From Lytechinus pictus (lineage: Eukaryota), in NCBI RefSeq assembly GCF_037042905.1, contig NC_087252.1:4714001-4774000 (forward strand): a stretch of 60,000 nucleotides of DNA, written 5' to 3'. Numbering within the stretch: position 1 is the first letter of the stretch; the number at the start of each line of letters is the position of its first letter. Positions 38,721 through 53,000 of the stretch are shown piece by piece. The translations under genes were made by a program, and so were the position numbers. Under the pieces are notes generated by a model that saw only the letters and a list, made by a program, of their open reading frames with translations, did no database searches and was not told the DNA's origin.

Positions 38721-39718
38721 TTAAAGGAGAGAATGGCTGACCAGAGATAGAGTACGTCTGGCATATGCAGGCTTTATACACGTTTAAGTGTGACAGCCTC
38801 TTCAGCAATTGTGTTGCTTTCTTCATTGAGATTCATTGAGCAGAACTGAACCTCCATCTTTTGACCTTTAATTTCAAGGTCTGAAGATCTACATCATAGC
38901 TGGATACAGGCCAAAGAAAGGATGGCAAACAGGCAAACAAGCAGTCTGCAAGAATAGACTCTATCTCTTCATCCGAGTCCCTGATTTGACTGTTTGGTCC
39001 AAAGCCGTCCAGTCCAAAGCCCAAAACATCCAACCTCATTTGGTCTATTTAATACCAGTGTGTCCAATATCCATACCACGGCAGGTCCCATTGTCCATAT
39101 CATCAACTCATCAGTTATTGGACAAAAATGGTCAATGGAAAAAAAATGATGATTTGACCATTAGTTCATTTAGACCAATCGTTGGTCAAATAGCTAACAA
39201 ACCAAACCATATTAGACCACATCAGTATTGGACCGATCTGCAATTTTTTTATTTGACCCTAAGATATGCACATGCAATGCCATTTAGAAAGCTGAAAAGG
39301 ACCAGAGCCACTTTTTGTATATCTGCTTTGACCATTTATTCTATATTTTGTAGGTCCATGACCCAACCAAGCTTTTCTGAGTAGGGCATACATGTATAGG
39401 CCTACCTTGTTGCTGATGACAGCTTGTCTTATGAAAATGCGATATCTGCACGTGTTAGCAGAGTGACCGTGCATCAACGGCAAATGATGATGATGATGAT
39501 CCTTCACGATAAGAAAATGAAGTGCAAGATTAAAAACCTGAGCCACGAGCAAAGTCTGTGTAGTCAGACTAAAAATTAAGCAAGCCATGAACCAGATAGA
39601 TCTGTTACGGATGATGGGAGATGTGTATTTATAGGTTTGTAAATGATCACTACAGCCTGCATAGATCCATCACATACCTCCAGTGTCATACATCACAAGA
39701 TGCTTGCTATGCTCATAT

Positions 39719-42700
39719 GGTCGATTCCAACGAAAAGTGTACAAAACGCATTTTTTAAAGTACAAATTTCAAAGTGGTTTAAACTTTATTTCTTTTTACG
39801 CATGCAAAAAACATAGGTTAAACAACTCATAACAAAAATTGCCATCACTAATCTCTTAAAATGACCTTGTGCTGAGGGGGTGAAGTTAAAGTAAGACAAA
39901 CGCCTGTTACCTACGAATACACGGTACTTATGTTACAAGCACATAAAATTATAAAACCATATGATATGTTTCATTTGAACAAAAGATGGTAAATTAATTA
40001 CAATGCTATAGTGATTGTATGTACAAATTATTTTTATTTTATAGTCCCATGTTAGGCTGGTTTCTTGCATAATATATTTACTTTACCTTTTTTGAACTAG
40101 TGAACATTAAACATGACATTGCTTCACTTAATGTAGTTTCATTACCTTTTTAATACAAGTGCTGAATTCCATGCAATTATTAGTGGATGAAGTACCAATT
40201 TTAGCCAGCGATCAATTTTTAGTACATATCTTAAATATTTCTTCTGGCAATTATTTGAAAAATGCGTATTCGTAGGTAACTATATGTATACGAAGGTAAC
40301 AAACACATTACGTATGAGGACAGAATGGGTTACTTCTCAAATCAAAGCCCCGTCGTAGCTATTATCAAACTTAACAAGTACAACGTATTTACATCGTATT
40401 TTCAAGCAATAAATACTTACTATATACTATAACAACGGTTGTTATGCTTTAAACTTACCATGTGGGTAGTATAATCCTAGTAATATTACATTTAACAAAA
40501 ACAAAACAAAGTAACTAGCACAATACATCATGTAAAATATACTTTATAACAAACATTACCTATTAAACACAAATCATCATAAGAATTAATCATGGCTTCT
40601 GTAAACTGCCAATACATTTCATTGTTTAAACGTATTCGTAAGTAACGCTTTTTTCAAACATTTCTTAATAGATTGTGCTGCACTTATTATTTTCTTTTAT
40701 GTAATATTTAAACATCAGATATGTTTATACCATGATTATATCAAGGATTTTCAAAATAAAAATACACCTGTTAAGTATTTTTCCCGGTGGTTATGTGTTT
40801 AAGAATGATCACACATGTACATGTAGGCATATTTTTGTTTATGTCCATGATAGTTTTGCCACGGAAAAAAAGTCTATCTCGAAACTGCATTATCAAAATA
40901 TATTTAAAAACAACAATTACGCCATGAAGAATGTTCCAGAATGATTTTCGCTAATCATCTATCCAGGAATAAAATACTTATTCGTAGGTATCGCTTTCTT
41001 TATAAGGAGGTTTCCTTTTTTTATTATTTTCATTTCACATGAGTCTGAAACAGAAAGTTCAATAAAGCATTAATTGTTACTCAGTATAAAAGATGAAAGT
41101 TTGAGATGTTGATTTGACTCAACTGGGTATTCAGACGCTATTTAGGGTGCGTTTATCCGCCACTTTTTTACCCTATAATCATGATTCGAATCATGATTCA
41201 AATCATGATTCTGCAGAATCACGATTGCGTTTAGTCGAAATTGAATATAATCATGATTAGAATCACAAACATGAAACACGAAAAAAGGGGCGTTTGGAAA
41301 GACGTTTCTGCAGAATCACGTACGAAAATGTTCGAATAAACGATATCGTGATTTGAATCATGATTATATGACCTCACTGTGTCGGGCTACGGCTTTCGGT
41401 TTGACTCTTGCCAAGCTCAAGGCTCTCTATGTGCTCATTGTATGTACATGATTACTCTGCATGCATTTCTTGTCATGTAAAAATTCTGTGTTGGTCTTCG
41501 CATCGTCCACTACTTTTCATTTTTTGGTCATGTCTTCAACTTCAAGTTCTAGTAAATGAATTAACTGGACAGACAATGATCTCAGTTGTTGTTGAGTATA
41601 GAGTGTCAATATTAAATTGGATCTACGCTGAAATTCACTTCCGAACACCATTTTGGATTAACTAACAAGATGAATAGAAGCATATGGACCCTATATGATA
41701 GAAGTAAACTTAGGTTGAATTCTGGAAGCAAAATATTTTTCGAGAGCCGAAACACGTGCGAAAAACTTCCTCTGTCAAACTGCGCACTAGTGATGCGCAC
41801 TGGATTGGCCCGAATCTGAGGAGAAACAGCTTTGGAATGAAGGTCGTCTAAACGCTGATTCTGTGATATCGTGATTCATGTTTGTGTTTTGAATCATGAT
41901 TCAAATCATGATTCAAATCATGATTCTGGCTTGAGGTCGCATAAACGCAGCCTTACTTGGCCTGCTTTGAATTTCGCATAAAGCTTCTCGACCATCTCCA
42001 ACTCATTTGGTCAAACGTTAAGCAACGCGCCTTTGTCTTCTTTTTGTGGCTCCTCGACTTTGAGAAGGATGTGGTTACGATCGATTGTTCCCACATCGCT
42101 CTGTCCCCACTTCCACTTTGATCGAACGGGTGTCATGAAAGAAAGAATGAAGTCGTCATCAAAACACGTTTCTTGGCCATCGTGATATTCTGAAACATCA
42201 GAGGAAAAATATATCTAATCTAATCTGTTTGTTTTAAAATTCCTATAAACACAAATTAAGCGCCAATAACGCAACTTATATTAAGGTAAAATGATTCATA
42301 TATTCAGATTTTACCAGTGCGATGACAAGTTTACTGCACGATCATATTCATAGCAACAACACTAACACCAATCCGTATAATAGATACCACATTTTTACAA
42401 TTTTACTATCATCAAAGGTCTGAATTCGTATTTTGATTACCTACGAATACATACTATTACAATGAAAAAAACGGTGAAACACAAATATTCAAAGACACTA
42501 TAGCGATTAGAACAAGTATAATATGGATATCCAATGACATAACTTAAAACATAGTTTAAGAACACCATCACATTTTAAGTAAAATACATTTTCCCAATTA
42601 TGGAAATCTGAAATTGTCATCAATGTATTTACAATTATCATAAATTAGTTTTCAAGTGTGAAAATGTTGCATATTTAGCTCTAAATATTAACACACTTAT

Positions 42701-43944
42701 GTACTTTCACGTATTACATAGCATAATATTTATTTCAACTGAGAAGGTACATTGTCAAAGGATTATAAACAGTGCACATTCCCCAATGTTGCCTACGAAT
42801 ACATGTTGCCTACGAATACATTCCAGTATCAATCACGGGCTCAGTCTAGTGAGTTCAACTGTGGTACGCATTATGCCCAAAGACAATGCTATGTTATAGA
42901 AAGGGAAAGTCTTCACACAAATAGCCTAAAAATATCCACTATTACTAAGAAAATGTGATAAACAGGGCGATCCAACTTTATATATTTTTTAATTGAACAG
43001 TCAAAGTATTATGTATCCTTTAAATCCGTTAATAAAAAAAGTTTAAACATACTCACATAAATACGAAACCGGCATAAAACTGTTGTATCAACTCCGATGT
43101 TCGTACAACGTAGTGCAAACGTTCTGTTCTGCCACGCGGTGAATACAAGTGTCAACGGAGGGCAGCAACTATATTTGTATTCGTAGGTAACACGTTGCAT
43201 CATAAGAATTACCTACGAATACAGCCTTTATTGCTAAAAATTTCCAACAATACCTAGTTCTATATCATGAAATTTTTGTAACAGTAACAGTAGTCATTTT
43301 TCCATTTAATAATATGAAAATTCTTCACTAATATACTAACCTGTTCACAAAACAGTGTTTTATAAAATTATTCGTAGGCAACGTACTTTGTTGACCAAAT
43401 GGTCATTTTTGGGATTCGACGTGTATATGGAGTTTATCATAGAAAGTGAAAGAATAAATACAATGCATTTTTTATGTGAACATATTAGGCTATGCGTTAA
43501 GCACAAATCCGTCTAAAATTTACTACAACATGACATTTGGAAAAGCTAATAGAAATTGACATTCGTAGGTAACGCCCAATTTTACCACTGGGAAAAAAAT
43601 CATAAAAAATTGAGGGATAATCAAATAAAGGTGAGATTTTCAGAACACAATCGTGACATATGTATCAATCTTATGGGAAACTTTAATATTGCTCAAAACC
43701 ACTATTTAATTTCTACCATAATGGAATTTGAAAATTCATTAAGAATTTTTTTCCAAAAACGTGCAATTTTGACAGTTTTTCGCTCATAAAAACTTAAAAA
43801 CTGCACAAAAGTACATTGAATTATATATGGCGCAAAAGGTCTCATCGCCGTCCATCTGGATAACATAAAATCAATGCAAATGAAGCCTTCGTTCAAAAAT
43901 GACACCTATGGACATCATTTGTACACTTTTCGTTGGAATCGACC
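39719..43944. mobile_element. 4.2-kb DNA transposon, Sola1-like (ATAT TSD), with ORF remnant and nested MITE
   Basis: Perfect 27-bp TIR GGTCGATTCCAACGAAAAGTGTACAAA, ATAT on both flanks, and about 12 internal copies of GTTACCTACGAATAC. The superfamily call is inferred from the AWWT target. Confidence 0.8.
41145..41952. mobile_element. PIF/Harbinger MITE (808 bp) nested in the 4.2-kb element
   Basis: TIR GGGTGCGTTTAT / ATAAACGCAGCC, TTA TSD, internal AATCATGATT repeats. Termini are related to the 978 element. Confidence 0.85.
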
Positions 43945-46900
43945 ATATATTCATTCAACCCATCAGAACCAATAAAACGGTAAGGGCAAGGACTGTATCA
44001 TGTTCGTTGCAAACTTGGGAAGTATTGCCCCCCCCCCATCCCCAATACTGCACCCATGTACTAAACCCATAAAAAACCTCAAACTTGAACTTCATGTACA
44101 CAGGCATTTTGAACCCCACTTTAAAAAATTTGATTTTGAACACTAACCTAACTAACCCATATCCTAAACCAAACTATACAGTCACAACATGGAGGAGTTT
44201 GACTTTCAGAGCACAGTTACCTACTGACAACCATATTAAACTGGAGAGCTTCCAAAGATGAACAAGAGTACTTTCCATGGACTATGCAATGAGCCGGATG
44301 TGTTGCTATGTTAGAGCAGATATCATCCTTTGATGCTAGAAGTTAGAAATTACCAAAAGACACAGTACCAAACTGAACTGGTCGATAAAGCCAAGACACA
44401 ATCTGACCCTGATTTTTTCTGCTCCAAAATATTCATCCAAAACTCTTATTTACAGTGAATTGTTTCTTCATCGGGTGCCAAACCCTTACATTTATTCAGT
44501 GTTAATCATCACAAAATGTCATTGTCTGAACGACGGCATAAAAATATGATGTCTGAACAATCCCTGCTTCACATAGCTTGGCAAACTAATAACATAAAAC
44601 TGTCCAGATGGGCAGGTGTGATATGAGATTATTACATACAATCGGTGCAACGATCGCTAGACAGTCTACATTAAACAGAGGTGCTGCACATAATTTCCAA
44701 ATCGACATCCAATGTAAATCCAACAGAGAAAAGACTGTAAAATTTTAATATTTTATATCAAAGGCAAAAAATTGTCTGCACCATGTTCTGTATCAGGTTT
44801 TCCAGAGAACTAAACAAAAATACATGATTTGGCAATGATTAAGGCTCTAGGTTTGTCTTGTAGAAACAGAATTTAAAAGAGGCTAGATTTGTGATTTTGG
44901 CAACGATCAAGGCTCTAAATTTACCTTATAAAACTGCAAATCATATTGATAAAGCCCATAAACTTAAAGACTTTGTCATGTATGCCATTTGAAGCCAAAC
45001 ACTGGGTAAAAGTGTGATTTGAATAAAACAATTTATTTTCTTTTAAATAGCCCAAAGCCCCCAACCCTCAGTGTGCAATAAATATTTTAAACAAAATTTC
45101 ATTTGGTTTTCACAAAGCAGGAAAATATAACTATACAAGAAATCTAACCTTCTACCCTGCTTTATTATATATACAAAAACAAAATTTGTGAATGGAGCAG
45201 CAAAAAGGGGGGGCACCAGGCCCCATCAGATTGTAACCATGAATTACAATGAATGATGTAAAATTAAGGAATTTTTTTTTTGTTACTATGGTGTAATTTT
45301 TAAGATTTTAGGTTAATTTGTAGATGTGTATATAGTTGTAGCTTCCAGACAAGAGAACTGTTTCTGAACTATCGCCTTGAGCGTCTAGATGGTGTACACA
45401 CTCTACAAATCTACACTATTATTGTTATCAAATACATGTAAATGAAAATAAAGCATTAGCACATTGAATTTAAAGACAATCTCAAGATCTTACCTTCAAA
45501 TTTCAGCTAATAACTTTTATTTCCGAGATATACAGGTACACATGAGAGACAGCTCAAAAAGATGACAAAGAACTTGAGCCCAAGAAACAACTAGAAGTCA
45601 CATCCAAGTAAATGTAGGCACAGGCATGATATTGGTGCCTTGACAAGTTCGACTGCCTGACTGCCTCCCATAAGAAATGACACACTGTCTTACCTCATTG
45701 CTGAATATGTCTTCTCCATGTAATTCAAGATGTTTGATTTTTTGGGGATATTGCTCACTGATCATTCAGACAGAGAATAAAAGCTGTATACATACAACAC
45801 TACCTACAGGTGTAAACATTATTTTGAATTTGAATAAGACTTTCAATTTATTCAAAAAGAGTCAGTTAAAATACTGATGTAAAAACAAAAATATACATGA
45901 CCTAATTGAATAGTGGATTAATTAGAGTCTTATATCCTTTTTTTAATTAGTGTCTTTGAAATTCAAATAAAAATACAAACTAATCAGTTCACTTTCAAAT
46001 CACTTGAAAATATTATATCAATTCTCCAAATGCTTCAATCGTCAGATTTTTTTATGTTTTCATAGATATGAATATTTAGTAAAGATGATTACTATTTTTT
46101 CTTATGTATTTCAAGTACTGTATTCTCCGCAATGATTCCTCTAAATGCGAGTTTGGCACGAATTCCCTTGGTGTGAACAGGGTCAATCAGAGGTGTAAGC
46201 ACCAATTTCCCAAACAAATCTCTTGCTAACCAAACAATAACAGGCCTGCTGATAGATCTGTGTTGAATGAAGGATCCGCAGCACAGAGAATCACTGTTCT
46301 AAAGCCTCCAAGAAAACTTCCAAGAAAGAAGCGAAAAGATCTGGAACGGAAGTTTGACGCTGTTTCATGGAGAAGTGCGAGCCTTTACTGCGTCACCTCA
46401 GGTCTGAGGCATCGTCTTACAAAGAATTGCAATAGATTCAAACCTACATTCATCTCAAACATGTGTAATCAAATGATGGGAGATGCAATTAAATTCAATT
46501 TGAGTTTGATGTCAATCATTCTCTGCAAAAGAATCCCTGGGATGCTATGTCAGACAAACATATAGGAAATTGAATTAAAATAAGAGGGAGTCGTTTCATA
46601 AAGCTGTTTATAAGTAACGCTCGACGTTAAGATCAATTGCTTACCCTTTGTCGAAAATGATACACACCAAATTTTCACTGGTGATTCAACTCACAAGAAA
46701 GGGCCAACAGTCATTCAAAAAGTTAATAGTAACTTACGAATAGCTTTCTGAAACACCCAGCTAGACAATGCATTGTGAGCTAATGATAGTACATAGGTTT
46801 ACATTTAAGAATGCATTACGTATCAATCAGCATTAATACGAGAATTTTGTTCTTAAAAATTGTTAAGGAATTTAATACTAGATTACTAATTTCAATATCT

Positions 46901-47896
46901 TTTATTTCAATAAATCATTCTCCATTAGACATGAGAGAGGAATCCATACACCGCAGGTCCTGAACCCGTGAGCAATCAGGCTGAAAGCAACGCTCACGAC
47001 TCCTACATAGATGAAACAAACACGTCATTGACATTTTGGATTTAACATTATTAGCATTGCTTGCTGGCTTGTTGGCCGATCCAATGGATTGTCGGCTTGA
47101 CAAACTAACCAATCATGTTTATAAGAAACATTACCAGTCATTAAGTTCAAATTCTCCAAATGTTATTGTGTAAGCATGTCAATGCACTGCTCCATAATAC
47201 CTCACCGCGCTAGATAATCTTGCATGCACATGCAGTTGAAAATGCTAGCCAGATGAGGATGAATGTGGCAGTTTACAGTCTACTGACCAACAGTCATTTG
47301 ATATCAAACTATAATGTTCTAAGGCTTGAGCAAAGTCTAATTGAATCGAGCACGTATGTACAAATATTCATACCTCAATGAAACGCGTCATATACCGTAA
47401 GCTACAACATCTACAGTATAAGAACATTATAAATTTTTAGCTTTTCAGAGTCTTCAGATACCAATAATTCCAAACTCTTGTTACTGTTGTTGTTTTGTTA
47501 GAGTATCAGAGGCAAATACAAACTTTGGTCACAAATGTCATGGGAAGATTTTCTTAAATTGTCTTTTTTTTTTCCATTTTAAAAAGAGATATAAACATGT
47601 ATATGATGTATAACAAACAAATATTCAAATTGTGTTGTCCCTATAGAACTTCAGGCATCTGCGCTTCAATGCCATCCATTTTGATGAGGAAAGTTAAGTC
47701 AACTTCATTTATTAAAATGGGGTATGTAACATGAAGTCAATGTTGTTTAGACATGTCTTTACCACACTATTAAAGAATATATATCAAAATAGTCACTTTA
47801 AGAAATAATTCATAGAGCAATGTCAAATACATGTTCCACGATCCCTTCCAGGGAACTGTTTCATGAAGCAAACAGTCTGTGATTTTCACCGACTTA

Positions 47897-48345
47897 GAGG
47901 CCGTTCTCATTACGCTTTCTAAAACTAGTTTACTGGAAACCGATTCAGGAAACCACTTTGGAAGATCGCTTTGCTAGCGTTCCCACTTGATCACACGAAA
48001 GTGGTTTTCATAATCACTTCACGTAAAGCGCTCTTGTTGCTATGGAAATGCTCTCAGTGGGGTGACACGTTTCTCACAAAATTTGAAACCGCAGCATAGG
48101 CATTCTACACCTGTCGTGTGGAGTAGCGCGCTCAGAATGTGCGAAGATCGCTTCCCGAAGAACGGTTGTGTCCTCACTTACGCTAAAACCAGTTTAACGA
48201 GGCAAAGCGATCTTGAACACTACATCGCGAGGTGGTTTTCCAAACTGGTTTGGAAGATCGCTTCCAAGACCGCTTCGACCGTTCTCACTACGCGTTAAAC
48301 TAGTTTCCACTAAACTAGTTTTAGGAACGTAGTGAGAACAGCCTC
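47897..48345. mobile_element. PIF/Harbinger MITE (449 bp) nested in a CCAAT-core MITE (about 47851-48422)
   Basis: TIR GAGGCCGTTCTCATTACG / CGTAGTGAGAACAGCCTC. TTA TSD. Confidence 0.85.
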
Positions 48346-48587
48346 TTATTGGCTGTTAAGCCAATAAGATGAAAGTATTTCAGTAGCTTAACATTTCCAG
48401 TGAAAAATCAATGCATGATCCCTATCTGAAGTCACAAAAGTCATTACAGGCCTTGGCTGAGGAAATGGCAATGCCACGAGAATCATGGGGGTGAACTTCA
48501 CATTACTCACAAACATGATTCGATCATTCTTCCTTCCTCTTCTTGTAGAAAAACTCTTCGATTTCAAAGTTAAGCAGGCAAAAATAA

Positions 48588-48967
48588 TACCCCTTTCATA
48601 AACCCATCCTCCAATTAGCTGCCTAAGAGTAATGCGGATAATTCAATAAAAATTGCGTTCACAAACTCCAAAAATAATCCGCATTATTTTTACGAGCACC
48701 CGTCCTGAAAAAGGCGGATAATCGTCATGACAACTGGACACGCCCCCTCCGATGCGGTTGTGTTGGAAAAGGGTGACCTTGTGACCGCACCATGGCAATT
48801 ATCCGCATTATTTGAAAATGCGTTCATAAAGTCAAAATCTGGTCCCGATGCCGCTATTATGCGGATAATTGCAGCATCAAAATAATGCGGATAACTCTGG
48901 TCCTCCTCCGATTTTACGACCAAATTATGCTGCTATTAGCCGCATAATTGGGTTTATGAAAGGGGTA
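48588..48967. mobile_element. PIF/Harbinger MITE (380 bp)
   Basis: TIR TACCCCTTTCATAAACCCA, TAA TSD, internal ATGCGGATAAT repeats. Confidence 0.85.
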
Positions 48968-49847
48968 TAAGTTAACATTCCAAACAGTCATGCTATCCGG
49001 TACTTTCCCATTCTCGTTGGAAATGAAAATAGGATCATGTGGTGATATTTTAAACTTTCCCATTAATTCTGAAATTTTTACACTTCCATCGCAGTTTTCC
49101 AAGGTGTTGATTAGTGCTTTTGTTTAATTTTGATCCTCGTTTGTCTACAAATTAACATTACGTTTTGGAGGAAAAAGGGAAAGTACCACATAGTATAACA
49201 TTCTTTTGTAGGGAAAGAAAGAAATGAAGTCATGTGGTACTTTCCCTCATAATGAAAGTGAAACAGGGTTGATAATTAAATATACACAGATAAAATTAGT
49301 AATTTCATCAGTGGATTTTAAATTGGTCATTAACCCTCTTTACATGATATAAACAGTCATTAACTTCAAATCTTTTTCAAAGTTTCTGCAAAGATACCAA
49401 TCCTCTCTGCACCATTTCTATAATGTATCTGTCCAAAGTGTCCATCGTATTTGTAACTGGGAATCTAACGCATCATCCCTGCCCCAAAGGTCCAGCAGCT
49501 CCCGATCACTCGTCAAACATCAGCTGAATCATCGATCTGGCCAAAGCGCTAAAGCAAACAGGATGTCGCGTCCGTGCACGGAGATCGTGCCGCCGCTTAA
49601 TCAGGCGACCATGCACCTGGGCATCCCCTGGCTCCGACCGACTTTACGGGGGTGATCAAATCATTTCCCAATCAAACTCATTCAACTTGAATTACTTCTA
49701 AATTATACAGTGGATTCATCAGTTTCAAGACAAATATATTGAGTGGCTAAGCTTTCCTGCTTTAATGTAAAGTACCTGCAATATGCCTGGAATTAACCTA
49801 GAAGATAGTGTATTAACAGGCAGGCTCATGATCATTTGTGTATTGGG

Positions 49848-50042
49848 CAGGCAAAATAATTATTTCTTATCTTCATGGGCTACTTTTCTCAACCTACCGC
49901 CTAAAATCAGCAACATTGGATAAGCTATAACTCTAAAGTCAATGGGTATTTTCAGGGACTTTCGTTGTACTTTCAAGGGCTCTATTGAGCATTTCGGAGG
50001 GGGGCAAAATTGCCCTGAGCCTCCTTGTAATTTTTTCCCCTG
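49848..50042. mobile_element. hAT MITE, same family as 23282-23468
   Basis: CAGGCAA...GGGCTACTTTTC...TTTTCCCCTG. Diverged TSD GTATTGGG / GTAATGGA. Confidence 0.65.
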
Positions 50043-53000
50043 GTAATGGACTAATATAAGAAAATTATATTCACATTTCCAGAATGACCAACAATTATTA
50101 CTATCTATTTCACAAAGGAATTGAATAAATAACAAATTTTAAGTTTCCCCCCCCCCTTCTCCCTCCCCCCCCCAAAAAAAAGGGTGGGTCTATAAAACAT
50201 TTTAAATTTTTAATGGCCCTTCCCCCCCCCCCCCCCACAAACCTGTTTAAAGATTTATATATTTCCTTTTGAAATGAAATATTTCATTCCAATACTCCAA
50301 TACATTTCTAGTGCAAGCAAGTATATGGAGAAAAGATAATCCTCATTAGGCTGCTCTGCTAAACTCATCATACAACATAGAACCGTGAACGTCAGATATC
50401 TATTCTAAGTTTACAGACTGCTTTCTAAAGAACTTGAACTTCAAACATAATCATTTTTCTGCTTCTGTTCATTTCAAGTAACCTTGTGTACTGAACACTA
50501 AGAAAAAACACCAGTATTGTCCCGAGAGGAAAACCTCCATAAGTGTTAAAAACACCTCATGAAATTTCAACATGACACCAAACAGTTTTTAATAAGGAAC
50601 ATACTGTGAAATAGCATCAATACAATAATAAATACCAGTGAAGAATGCTTTGTGTGGTCCTTTGTAAACACTGATATTGGAGTTCAAAACTTGGAGTTCA
50701 GAATATTATTAAAAGCCTCTGCTTATATATTCCAGTGGTAATTTACTATTAACCATCCTCAATCCCTCTATGGGTTGGGGATTTTTGTTGTTTTTTAGGG
50801 GGGGCAGGCCGGATCACTAATTTCTTTAACATTCAAGATAGCTTTTTTTTTTTTTTTTCTTTTTAATTATTTTTTTTAATGAAATTCAAATTTCAATTCA
50901 ATATAAAAAATACTGCAACACAGAACAATCAAGTGCAAGCCAGATAGCCCCATACATACATTGCAAATCCATGCAGTTGAATCTCGGAGACTACGATCAT
51001 CATCTCCAATTTGTAAGTCATAACATCTTCATTAGTACTAAAAGCTTTGGGGAATGCCTCCAATAAACCTTGTAAATAGTCTCCAAATTCAATCAAATTG
51101 CCACATTCCCCCGGGGAATAAATTTGAACATTTGCACTACTAAACAAATTGACTAGAAGTGTGCGAAACACTTCAGAGATATAGTAGCTATTGCTAAGTA
51201 ATGTTTTCAAGTGGGTTGTTGGCCCTTTACCAAACTGCCCATTGAAAATCATTGCGTCAATCCTAGCAAATAATCTGTTTTGAGAACACAACATGATTTC
51301 ATTTCAGTGATTTCACTTTCATTCATTGTAAGAGTACATTAATCATCTAGGCCTATATTCATTCATTCACTCATCTTTCATAACAATTCTGATTACCTTT
51401 ACTTTACTCTCTGGATCTTTGCTTTGTTTATCTTTTAATTGCATTTTTTAAAATTCTATTATTAATTTATCTAGGCCCATTCATTTAATTGTCCCTTTAT
51501 CATTAGGTCATCAAGCAAATCAAATCAGGAGATGCTGAATGCATTAAAACTCAATGACAACAATGTACACCAAATATATAATAGTTTTGTAATTATTTAT
51601 ATATATTTTTTAATTCTACATTTTATTTTTTACCACACAAATTTTCATTTTCTTTTGTTTCCAAATATTTATCTATTACTGAATAAATTATAGAATGATG
51701 CAAAATACTCATTCCTCCAGACACTACTACCACCCCCCCCCCCCCCCTTCATCAAAAAAGGTTGGCAAATGATCAACATTTCTACAACCAAAACTTCTTT
51801 ACGGAATAGCCCCTGGAAGGGGACCTCAAAGGAAACAAAAACTCTAATTGAACTCACCAAAAATATGAAATCTCTCTCACGTGATATATAATAAATCCAA
51901 TAGATTTTCCAACTTCTGGATTTACCAGTAGACAAATATTCTTGAAGGACAGATTTGAAAATTATATATTCCTCTCTTCCCGATATATGAATACAAGTTC
52001 CGCCCTTCTTAGAAGGGGATTCCTCTGCTTCTTTAGATCGAGTTCGGGACGTCTTAAGCAAGTAAAGTGTAATGATATGACTTACGAGAGTTTAAACCCT
52101 GACTGGTAATTTCACACTAACTGTCACGGATCAGTCTCAGAGCTTGTTCTTTCTCTTGCTCCACTTCCACTTCACCCCCTCTCTCTCTCTCTTTTCCTCT
52201 CTTCCACCAATTAATTTGGGAGAACAATTTAGAGCTCGTCATCAGAAGAAAGGCCGCTGGCTGGTGAGGAATGCTGGTGGAGCAGAACCTGATGTCAACT
52301 GCCCAGCACCTTGAGCCAAATGTCATGACATACATTCCCCTAGCTTCTCATTTACCTCCTTTGATTTCTCCTTGTCCTTTCATCTCATGCTTACACACCC
52401 TCGCAATCACAAATCAGTCATTGATTTTCACTGATTACTTGTTATAAGCTACTGAAATCCTTGCACCTGATTGGCTCAGAGCAAAATTGTTGGTGAATAA
52501 TACTGATTATTTGTTCCATGAAATGTTTATGAGTTTTGGAATTCATATACCTTGAGAAGAAAATACCAGGTTGACGAGCAGCGTGACAGCCAAAAAAAAT
52601 ATGTTATCGCCTAAAAAGAATACCCAGAAACCATTTAATAGGTAATTTTTAAAATCTGTATTCCTACTTCTATTTCATTTTTTTCCCATTCACTCATTCC
52701 ACCCCATCCATCTAACCCTTTCTTCACAGCTTATCCTACAATCCCAACAACTTTCCCCTTCACTTCTTCATTCTCCTTTTCTCGATTCCCCTACTCTATC
52801 CTTCTCTTCCTTTCCTTCACTCCCCCCCCCCCATCCATCCATCCGCTATGGTCCTACAATCACAACAAAATTTCTCCTCCACTTCTTCATTCTTCTTTTC
52901 CCCCTTCCTTCATCCCCTTCTCCAATCCTACTTCCATTCCATTCTTTCCTTCACTCCTCCATTCCCATCTATCCATCCCCCTATCCCTTCCTCCACAGCT

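Noticed and set aside
51669..52061. 130-aa minus ORF as an extra exon
   Set aside because: It would interrupt the PDZ fold, its candidate donor is phase 1 (incompatible with the next exon), and the 3' part is low-complexity.
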